Shown here in pieces: positions 28,353-39,530 of a stretch of DNA of 64,000 nucleotides. A program made the position numbers and the translations under genes. Below the pieces are notes generated by a model. The model was given only the letters and a program-made list of their open reading frames with translations, was not told the origin of the DNA and did not search any database. The DNA is from the human T2T-CHM13v2.0 reference genome, Homo sapiens. Position 1 is the first letter of the stretch. Each line of letters begins with the position of its first letter. Where the stretch lies: the NCBI RefSeq assembly GCF_009914755.1, contig NC_060930.1. The stretch is one strand, 5' to 3'.

Positions 28353-28628
28353 CTCTAAACCACCAAATATAATTCCCAGGATACTTTGTGGTTAAGTAGT
28401 TTAATTGAAGGTGTAAAGCAAGGACATCATTCTGTGCCCATAGAATAATTTTTCTTTGGGCGATGGTAGCGGGGCTTCATGTAGATAAAGCAACTGGCCA
28501 ATATACAACACTTGCACTGTCCCAAACTTTAAGAATATTTGACCTAGACTTCTTTTTCTAGAAATAAGTCAGAAATTCATGGTCTACTGGTGTTTCTGCT
28601 TCAACAACTTTTATTTAAAAAAATCAGG

Positions 28629-28923
<295 letters not shown>

Positions 28924-29149
28924 TTAAAACCTCATAAATTAATATCATAAACTGTTCTGAGAAATTAAAATCCCTGGAAGAGATGAATCTTTCCAAGATA
29001 AATTATGTGGAAATAAGCAAGACAAACCAAATGAGAGAAGAGACTTTATTCAGAGATTTAGTGAGAAGAGAGTTAGCTACCGTCATTGCCTTGGTGATAC
29101 TCAAAGACAGGCAAGGTAGCGGTGAAGCTTTACAGCAAAAAAAAAAATA

Positions 29150-32100
29150 GTAACGGAAGGAAAACTGGAAAATTCAAAATATATAAAAATTCAATAACAC
29201 AATTTTAAATAACCACTGAGTAAAGAAGAAATCAAAAGAGAAATTAGAATATATCTCAAGAAAATGAAAATTAAACATACAAAAACATCTGGCATGCAGC
29301 AAACGCAGTACTAAGAGGGAAGTTTATAGCGATAAACATCTACAACAAAAAAGAAGAAGGAGATGATGTAAATAACCTAAATTTAGACCTCAAGAAACTA
29401 GAAAAAGAAGAATAAACTTAGCCCAAAGTTAGTAGAGGGAAGGAAATAATAAAGATTAGATCAGAAATAAATTAAATAATTTAAATAAATTAAATAAATT
29501 AAAACAATAAAAACTCAAAGAAACTACGAGTTCGTTTTTTGAAAAGATAAATAAAATTGGCAATCTTTGCTAATGTAACTAAGAAAAAAGTGAAAACTCA
29601 AAATCAGAAATGAAGGAGGAGATATTACAACTGATGACACAGAAATAGAAAAGATCATGAGACTAGTAGAAACAAGTATATGTAAACAAATTTTATAACC
29701 TAGAAAAAATGAATAAATGCCTAGACACTTACAACCTACCAAGAATTATGAAGAAATGGAAAATCTAAACAGACCAGTAATAAGTAAGAGATTGAATAAA
29801 TAATCAAAAACCACCCAAGAAAGAAAAGTTCAGGGCCAGAGATATCTGCACTGGTGAATTCTACCAAACATTTCAAGATGAATTAATACCAGTCATTTTA
29901 AATAATTCCAAAAAATTTAGGGAGAGGGAACACTTTCAATTTTATTTAATGAGGTCAGAATTATCCTAATACTAAAGATACTACAAGTAATAAAAACAAT
30001 AGGTCAATATTTCTGATGAACATAGATATGAAAATCCTCAACAAAGGAAAATGGAAATAAAAAGCACATTAAAAGGATCATAGACCATGATCAAGTGGGA
30101 TTTATCTCAGAGATGCAATGGTCATTCAATAAGCACAAATCAATTAATGTGATACACCACATTAACAAAATGAAAGATGGAAATCACATCATCTGCTTAA
30201 TAGATGGAGAAAAAGAAAAAAATACATCCAACTGGGAAAAGAAGAGGTAAAATGATCATCAATTACCTCTGTTCACAGATGGCATGATCTTATGTATAAA
30301 AAACACTAATGACCCTAAACACCCGCACAATCCCCCATCACACCACTGTTAGAACTAATTAATTCAGTAAAGATGTAGTACATAAACTCAACATGCAAAA
30401 AAATCTGTTTTGTTTTTATAAATAACAAACTATCCTAAAGAAAATTAAGAAAATAATCACATGTACAAAAGATCAACAGAATAAAATATTTCCTAATAAG
30501 TTTTAACTGTGAGGGTAAAAGACTTGGACATTGTAAGTCACAAAATATTGATGAAAGAAACTAAAGAAGACATGAATAAATAGGCATTCCATGCTAATGT
30601 TTTGGATGACAATATTTTTTAAATACCCATATGCTTATAGTAATCTACAGATCAGGTTCAATACCTATCAAAATCCCAATGGCAATTTGTGCAAGACATA
30701 GGAAAAATCAATTCTAAAATTATGATGAAACCACAAAAACCCCAAATAGCCAAAGCAATCTTAAGAAAGAACAAAGCTGGAGGCATCACACTACCAGATT
30801 TCAAAATCTACTGCAAAGATCTACTAATAAAAACAGCAGGTACAGACATTCAAACTGATAAAGAGACCAATGAAACAGAGGAGAGAACCCAGAAATAAAC
30901 TTGATCAGCATATGAGTTTGTTGATCAAGAATATACAGTGGGGAAATGATAATCTCTTCAGCAAATGGTGTTGGGAAAACTGCAAAACCACATAGAAAAG
31001 AATAAAATGAGACCCTTGTTTTACACCATACATAAAAGTAAACTCAAAATAGATTAAAGATTTAAATGTAAGATGTAAAATTGTGAAATTCCTAGAAGAA
31101 AACAAGGGGAAAATCTTAATGACATTGGTTTTGGCAGTGATTTATTGGACATGACACCAAAAACATAGGCAACAAAAGAAAAAATAAAGTGGGACTACAT
31201 CAAGCTAAAAAGGTTCTGCACAGCTAAAGAAGCAATTATGAAGCAAAGAGGTAACCAATATCATGGGACAAAATATTTCCAGCCTATATACCCAAAAAGG
31301 GGTGGCTATGAAAAAAATAAGAAAAACAATAGCAAAAAATGGACAAATTAATTGAATAGAGAATTCCCAAAAGAAGACATAGAAATCGCCAACAGGTATG
31401 TGAAAAGATGCACAGCATCATTAATCATCAGGAAAATGCAAATCAAAACCATAATGAGATATCACCTCCCACCTCTTAAAATGACTACTATCAAAGAAAA
31501 CAAAACAACACGTAGGTGTTGGCAATAATCCAGACAATTTGGAGCCCTTGTATACTTTTGGTGGGAATGTAAATCAATGCAACCACTACAGAAAAGAGTA
31601 TGGAGGTTCCTCAAAAAATTAAAAACAGACTACCATGTCATCCAGCAATTCTGAGTATATATCCCAAAGAACTAAAATGAGGATCTTGAAGAGATGTCTA
31701 CTCTCCCACATTTATTACATTATTCACAATACCTAAGTTGTGGAAACAACCTAACTTCTCATCAATGGATGAATGGATAAAGAAAATAAAGTATGGTATA
31801 GACATATGATAGAATATTATTCACTAGTAAAAAAGAAGAAACTCCTGCCATTTGTGACAACGTGGATGAACATGGAGGATATTAAGTAAAATAAGCTAGT
31901 CAGAGAATGACAAACACATGATTCCACTTACATGAGGTATTTAAAATAGTCAAACTCATAGAAACAGAGAAAGAATGATGGTTGCCAGAGGCTGTGTGTA
32001 GGGGGAATTGGAGCGAGGGATTGCTGTTCAAGGGATATAAAGTTTCAGTTATGTAAGATAAATAATAGGTATCTGCTGTAAAACATGGTACACATATTTA

Positions 32101-32175
32101 ACGATATCATATTGTGCATTTAAAAATTTGTTGAGAGGATATATCTCAATTTGTGTCCTTAATATAATAAAAATA
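29150..32175 (+). mobile_element. L1MA (L1MA8/9-like) ORF2 and 3' end, 5'-truncated, with an internal RT deletion
   Basis: ORF2 peptides ([17 protein letters not shown] 30689-30898) and 3'UTR aagggatataaagtttcagttatgtaagataaata...aataaaa. Confidence 0.85.
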
Positions 32176-32199
32176 AATTAGTAAATAATTTTACAAAGT

Positions 32200-33725
32200 T
32201 GTAATTTCAAAATTCAATCCTTTTATGCTATATGGCTATGGTAATCCTCAGAGGAAAAAAATATGTGCTAAATAACTTCATAAATTGAAATAAAGTCTGT
32301 AAATATATGTAGCTACTAAAATCTAGCACTGATTACTATAGGAACAGTACACCAAAATCAGAGAGGGAAGGAAACACTCAAGAAAATAAAAGACATGAAT
32401 GAAACAGAAACTGGAGATTCAAGAGATAGGACCAACAAACCCAAAAGTCTTTTATGTATAACACTAGTAATATTGACAGAACTCTAGGAAAATTAAGAAA
32501 TTAAAAGAGAAGTTACAGAAATAATATAAATTTAAAAATGATAGTCATTGATGCTACAGATATTAAAAATTATTAGTTAGAAACAAAATTATTTAATGCT
32601 TAAACAAATTATATGAAATCTAAAACTTACAGTAGTTGAATCTGAAAGGAAACAAAAAACACCTTTGGTTTTCAGTGGTTAGAAGCTAATACTGATAACA
32701 GCCATCCCTGATTGGTTTCCTTGAAAATTGTATTAAACTCTAAAAGAATGAATTATTGTGTTTCTATTTATTTTTCCCAGACAACAAAAAAGGAAATAGT
32801 CATCAGCTAATTTTATAAGGTCAGCATAAGGGTAACACTAAAATCTGTATGTACGATTCAGTATCTCAAGTCAGTAAGATAAAAAAAAATTACAATCCCA
32901 TCTTAATAACAAAGATAAAAAATCCCAAGTACATATTTTCTAACCAAACAAGGAATACATTAAAAACAATGACAATGATAAAGAAGAATGTTTCCCAGGA
33001 ATGTACAGTAGGTTAAATATTAGAGATTAATATAGTTTACTACATTAAAAGAAATAACTCATTCATTTCAATAGAGACAGAAAATCAGTAGTCCATAAAG
33101 TACAACATATGCTCATACTAAAAATTATTAGCCAACTATTTATAGAAGGATATTTTCTTAAAATATTAAAATATATTTACTAACAAATTACATCCAGATA
33201 TCGAAAAATAATAAAAGATTAAAATAATTTTCTTCAAGAAGAAGAAAAGCAAGATTGCCCACTATCACCATTATCAATTAAGTTATTTATGGGTTATATA
33301 ATTGTTTACCTAGAAAACTCAAAAAAACTTTAGTTAACATACAATTCAACAATTTTAGGATTGCAGATACAAATTTTTATAAGACCAATTGCATTCTCAC
33401 AAACAAGCAGTAAACAGAAAATATAATTTTATAATATGTGCCATGAAAAATAGGATTAAATTATTAAATAATCAGGATTAAATCCAACACGTTTTTACAA
33501 AATTTGAGTAAAAGTTTATAGTGTTATATTGAAAGAATTTAAGTAAATGAATGTAGTGATAGATCACAAAAATGTCAATTTTTACTGAATAGGGCTGTAA
33601 ACAAAATGAAATTCTATTATAAATGTCAAAAGATATTTTGTAGAAATTAACAAGCTGATTCTAAATTGCATGGGGAAAAGCTCAAACTGAAGAATGGCAT
33701 AATTTTATTGACAACTGGAACAGAA
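32200..33725 (+). mobile_element. Very degraded L1ME-like ORF2
   Basis: Residual tracts such as aagattgcccactatcacca, gtttacctagaaaactcaaaa and aacaagctgattctaaattgcatgg. Confidence 0.55.
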
Positions 33726-33742
33726 TAAGCTTCCTGAAAATA

Positions 33743-35054
33743 TGAGGGGACTTCAAAAAGTTCCTGGAAAAATGGAATTAGACAATAAAAGTGTAAAATG
33801 TAAACCGTATTTCTCAACATAAGCTCTATCAAGGTCAAGACATGTTTGTAAACAATAATACCAGTCATTTAATCTATCCATAAAGAGCTGATGACGGTCC
33901 TGGGAATTTAGCCATGTCATTGTAGTCTTTTTTACATCATTAATTGCAAAGAAAAATGAGTGCTCTTTACAGATTTTTAAATATTAGAAAAAAAAACAAG
34001 TCAGAGAGAGAAAAATCAGGACTGTAACATGGATGTCTAATAATTTTTCTTCAAAATTCTAGAAAAATTGCCCTTGTTTGATGAGGAATGAACAGAAGCA
34101 TTGCTGTGGTAGAGAATGACTCTGGTAAAGCCATCCTGGGCATTTTTCTGTTAAAGCATTGGAAAACTTTCTCAAATAAGCAGATGAGAGATGAGCATAT
34201 CTCACAACAAGCAGATGTTATCATTCTTTGGCTCTTCCAAAAGTCAACAAGCAAAATGTCTTAAACATCCACCCAAAATTTTGCCATGACTTTACTCTTG
34301 ACCAAACTGCTTTTGCTTTGACTGAACCACTTCCACCTCTTGGTAGTCACTGCTTTCAATGTACTGTCATCAGAATCATACTGGTAAAGCCACGTTTCAT
34401 CTCCTTTTACAATTCTTCTGAGAAAGGCTTCAGAATCTCGATCTTACTTGTTTTGCATCAGCTTTGTTCCTTTCTGCAGCTAATCAGGGAATAACAATTA
34501 TGGCACTCATCAAGTAGAAACTTTGTTCAACTTTAACATTTCTGTCAGAATTGTGTAAGCTGAACAAATGGAAATGTGTATGATGTCTATTGTTTCTCCT
34601 GTTAATCACTGGTCTTCTTCCATTAGGGCACAGATGATATTAATATTTTCTTGCAAATTGATGTGGATGGTCTGCCACTGCCAGCTTCAACTTCTACATT
34701 TTCTCATCCCTTCTTAAAACAAGTTATTTATTTGTAAACTGTTTATTTCTTTGGGGTATTGTTCTTTAAACTTTTAATAAAGTATCAATAAATTCATCAT
34801 TCCTTCCACCCAAGCTCCATTATAATATTGACATTTGTTCCTGCTTCAATTTTAGCAGAATTCATGTTGCTCTGATAGGGACTTTTTTCAAACTGATGTC
34901 TTATCTTTCTTAGTACCTCAAACTAGATCCTGTGATCCTGTTCAGACATGGTATAACAAGTTAGTGCAAGTTTATTTTGGTGCAAAAATTTTTGAAATCC
35001 ACGTATAGATTTTTCATCATACACACTTTCCATAAACTTCTTAAAGGCTCCTTG
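33743..35054 (-). mobile_element. Full-length Hsmar2 (HSMAR2) mariner DNA transposon with disrupted transposase
   Basis: TIR-like ends tgaggggacttcaaaaagttcctggaaaa and cactttccataaacttcttaaaggctccttg; TA on both flanks; length ~1.31 kb; minus-strand ATG at 34865 starts MNSAKIEA. Confidence 0.9.
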
Positions 35055-35458
35055 TATGTATGTACATATACACACAGGCATATTTGAAAACTGGAACAAA
35101 AATAATTTAAGTTTCTTTTCTTATCACCTATAAATAAATTAGAGATAGTTTTAAAATGGAAAAGTAAAATGCAAAACTGTAGAATACTTGGGGTCAATAT
35201 AGGAGACAGTCTCACTAAATAGTGAGGATTTTTTTAACCAATATGGAGAATTACTACAGAAAACATGAATAAACACAATTAAATTAAAATAAAATGTTTT
35301 GCTTATAAAATTTACTCGAGGAATTGGAAAGTAAGTCACAACTTTTTATTTGTTTAAATCCGGATTTTGTAATCATTTGAAAGACGTAACTCTCATTTTC
35401 TAAGGATTATTTTAAAAGAATGTGTGCTCTTAAGTTCAAGTCTTTTTCCCAAACAGGA

Positions 35459-35548
35459 TTCCTTCCTTCCTTCCTTCCTTCCTTCCTTCCTTCCTTCCTT
35501 CCTTCCTTCCTTCCTTCCTTCCTTCCTTTCTTTCTTTCCTTCTTTCTT
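35459..35548. repeat. (TTCC)17 / (GGAA)17 microsatellite with a degenerate TTTC flank
   Basis: Perfect TTCC array at 35459-35526, followed by a pyrimidine-rich extension to 35548. Confidence 0.95.
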
Positions 35549-36377
35549 AAATAAAACTCTTCATTTGTCTCTAATAAAAATCTGAATTTTAAGCAGACTC
35601 TTGGACCGCTGACTCAAATCCATCAAGTCATTCAACTTTAGCCCCTGTCTCATTCTCAGTAGCATTTCAAAATTACTGCTTTTCTATAAAGCTTCAAGAG
35701 TTTTCCCAATTCTTGAACTTCGGCTTCCTCAACATGTTTTCTATTTTATCGGAGACATCATGGAGAGAATAAATGGATTGCAAACTTTTCTAGGTATTTT
35801 CCACTGCTTTCTGCAATTAATTTATTAACCACTTTTTTCAAGGCACTTGCCTGCTCCTCTTGGATCATGATTTCCATCTTCTTCTTCCGGATTTGATGAA
35901 TCTGTGTGTGCTGAGCATAAGAGGACTTTCAAATTTGATTGTTGCAATTCTTAGTAAAACCAGCACTGAAGAGATGAAGCAAATAATCATTGGTAGTCTT
36001 AACATCAACATCAGCTTCAAAATGGTCTGTCATTTTTTTAAAATTGATAATGGAGGTCACTTCTCATGGGTAAGATCTGTGTCATAGAAGATGATCAGGC
36101 GGTTTTTTTCGGAACATCCTCATTAAGTAATTTGAATTTTATAAAAGCAACTTAATCATCCTTGGATCAGCAAATCTCACTTGCAAAACACATCACTTGA
36201 GGCCATCAGGTGCAATCATACTTGAGACCATAAGATGTGATTCCGTATCCTTGAGTTTTTATGACTAGTGTTTTCCCAATATTAGTTATACTGAACATAG
36301 CTTGTGTTTTTACGTCATACCAATCTTTGTTAGAAAATTGATCACTTTCTTGGCTCCCTTTTTGCCACATTTTATAA
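35549..36377 (-). pseudogene. RPS3A: Old processed pseudogene of ribosomal protein S3A (eS1), intronless, with many stops and frameshifts
   Basis: ORF 36206-36388 gives [30 protein letters not shown] (RPS3A: [30 protein letters not shown]). The C-terminus reads ETGAKVE*LDGFESAVQESA* (RPS3A: [20 protein letters not shown]), with the stop at 35589-35591 and a short 3'UTR-like tract after it. The symbol names the parent gene; the pseudogene number is unknown. Confidence 0.92.
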
Positions 36378-36478
36378 CCATTCCTCAACCCAATCTATAA
36401 TCTTAAAAACAGGAAACTACATAGATCTTTTAGAACTCAGTGTATGTTGGATGAAGAACTATATTATTCTCTGCCACT

Positions 36479-36756
36479 TCTTTTTTTTATTATACTTTAA
36501 GTTTTAGGGTACATGTGCACAACGTGCAGGTTAGTTACATACGTATACATGTACCATGCTGGTGTGCTGCACCCATTAACTCGTCACTTAACATTAGGTA
36601 TATCACCTAATGCTATCTCTCCCCCCTCCCCCTACCCCACAACAGGCCCCAGTGTGTGATGTTCCCCTTCCTGTGTCCAAGTGTTCTCATTGTTCAATTC
36701 CCACCTATGAGTGAGAACATGTGGTGTTTGTTTTTTTGTCCTTGCGATAGTTTGCT
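36479..36756 (-). mobile_element. L1PA4/5-like 3' end fragment
   Basis: ttattatactttaagttttagggtacatgtgcacaacgtgcagg...ttgcgatagtttgct; imperfect TSD ctctgccact/ctttgtcact. Confidence 0.9.
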
Positions 36757-38199
36757 CTTTGTCACTAACAAACAATCCTTTTTTTAAAAAATAGCAATTT
36801 AGAACACAAAAGATATGTGTTTTGAGGAAATAACAAATACTATGGTAATATGAGCTATTTATTTTAAGCTTCTATGTTTTCTTAAATGTACTGAGATCAT
36901 TTTTCAATATAGTTTTATGAGTAAATATTTTTTACCCTCCTAATATCAGATAAAAAGCAGTTTGGTCCCTCAAGCTTAAATCATGATTGTTATTTTTTTC
37001 TTAATTCATTAGCTTAATATGTACTTTGGATTCACTCATCAATTTTACTTACCTCAATTATTTTCATAAGGATTATTATACATCTAAATAGCCTTTGAAG
37101 TGTAAGAATATTTTAAATGGTGAGCTTCTATCACTTATTTTCCAGCTTCTATTGCCAGTCATTTAAATATAATAATTAGGTCTAATAAATTGGTCACAAC
37201 CTGGGAAACCATCCTGTATAAATCAATATAATCTGCCAGCTTCTTGGTTGACATAGAAACTGATTATACAAGCCTGTTTAATGCAACACACATTCTATGC
37301 ATAAAAGATTAACATAGTAAAGTTTAGAAAGGAGCCTAGTCAAAGCTATGCTTCCCACAACTTTCATTATTGCTCTATATTTTATCTGCTGCATAATTTC
37401 TTCTTAAACTTGAACTAAAAAATATGTATATCACACTGAAATAGGTAGATAAAGAAAGTGCTTTTAGGGCTAATATTCAGTAGTTCTTTCATCAGGGAAG
37501 AATTCTGTCATCCCAAATGTCATTACAGATGAACTAATACATCAGTGTGACTGGCCCAGCAATTGAGTTTCCATGGTTTCTGATGTTTAGCTGTTCCCAT
37601 CATTAGCTTACTGTAATAATTTGAAGAATAAAAAGACTTGCAAAATCCAACACTGGGATGCACTGAACTGCATCATCTTAAGGATTTAAAATGTAATTTC
37701 TGAGGAATAAAAAAGGATATAATTGCAGCCCTGAAACAACTAAGCAGAGTGTTCTATGCAAATATTAGAGATCCAGTCAATGAAATATTTTGTCATTCAA
37801 AGGTTTCATACATAAACCATTAGGACAGAATTATATGAATCATTGTTTTATGAGGAATTTTTATAAATTCCTTCTTTTCATGTGTTTGAATTAGTAGCAT
37901 CAAAATATTAAAAGATTATTATCCAAAGAGTGCTGCATCCCTATCTCAATAGACAAAATTACAAAGCCTAGGGCTAAACTTACATATTGTATATTAAAGA
38001 AAATCATTCACAAAAGAATCTAAATGGAGTGTGAGTGCACTAAGAACACCCAGGGAAGATATATACATACATGGAAGTAAATATATATGTGTATGTATGA
38101 TATGTACATACATAATCACACATATATGACTATACATGTATACAGATACATGTGTGTGCATGGAAAGAGCAAATAATAATGTAACCATGTATCACGTAT

Positions 38200-39530
38200 C
38201 TATTCCTCATCTTCTTCCAATGAATAAAGGTTTATAACGAATTTTGTTTTATCTATATCCCTATCACTTAACCCTATCTTACATTAAGGAACTAAACCCA
38301 GATTATATATCATTCTTCTATGTATATTTCTTATGCATCCTTAAATACAAGCAATCTTTCAAAAACATAATCATAATATCATAAACTACCTTGAAGGGTT
38401 AACAGTAATGCCTTAAATATCATGAATGGACTTAAATAACATTAATGCACGCAAATATCTAGTGAGTTTTCAGATTTCTCGAGTTTTCTCATGAAGTTAC
38501 ACAGTTGATTTAATTGAATCAGGGTAAAGATAAGATCGATACACTGGAATTAACCAGTCTCTTAAATTCTCTTCATATGTTTATCTTTTCCTCCTTTTGA
38601 ACTTTTTTCTTACCCTTGAGATTTTGCTGAAAGTAAATAAGTCAAGTTATTTGTTCCTCATAGTTTCCCACAGTCCGAATTTTTCTTATTGCTTCTCTGT
38701 GGTGTCTTATTTTTTTATTTGGTTTTTTTTTTTTTTTTTTTTTTTTTTGAGACAGTCTTACTCTGTCACCCAGGCTGGAGTGCAGTGACATGATCTCGCG
38801 ATCTCGGCTTACTGCAACCTCCGCCGTCCGGGTTCCAAGGATTCTCCTGCCTCAGCCTCCAGAGTAACTGGGATTACAGGCGCCAGCCACTATGCCAAGC
38901 TTTTTGTGTTTTTAGTAGAGATGGGGTTTCTCTATGTTGGTCAGACTGGTCTCGAACATCTTACCTCAAGTGATCTGCCTGCCTTGGCCTCCCAAAGTGC
39001 TGGGATTACAGGTGTGAGCCACCGCACCCAGCCTGTGGTGTCTTTTAATATGTTTCTCAGTATTCTCTGTGAATTGATTGTTAGATCTAGAAATTTAGTT
39101 AAATTTTAGAAAGAATTTATGTAATAGGCTTAATAGATTCTAAGTACTTCCATTAGGAGGCCATAAAGCCTGCTTTTCTTGATTTTACTTTATTTGAAGT
39201 TATTAATGATAATTATCTAAAAACATTAATTTAAAGTTGCAAAATAGTGATATTCTAATTCTGATCCTCATTGATTTATTGGCTGGAATATTTCCATAAA
39301 AGAAAGTTTCTCTTATATAGTCTTTGATTACCACAAAATACTTAATACACAAAAGAAGGGATAAATGCTTGATTCTTTTTTTTTAAACACTTTTCAGAAT
39401 AATAAATTATTTTCCTAGCATCTCCGAGAAAACCAATAAAACTCTATGTTTGTATGTCTGTATGCCAACATTTAATATTTTAACCATAGCCATTGTTTCT
39501 CTCTTTTATGCTTAAATTGATCCATCAATT
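38200..39530 (-). mobile_element. L1MC4/5-like 3' region fragments flanking an Alu
   Basis: gaatcagggtaaagataag, gttatttgttcctcatagtttcccacagtc, gatctagaaatttagttaaatt, gggataaatgcttgattctt. Confidence 0.55.
38709..39033 (-). mobile_element. AluS (Sx/Sz-like), full length
   Basis: Poly-T, then gagacagtcttactctgtcacccaggctggagtgcagtg...gccaccgcacccagcc; TSD tgtggtgtctt at 38698-38708 and 39034-39044. Confidence 0.93.
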
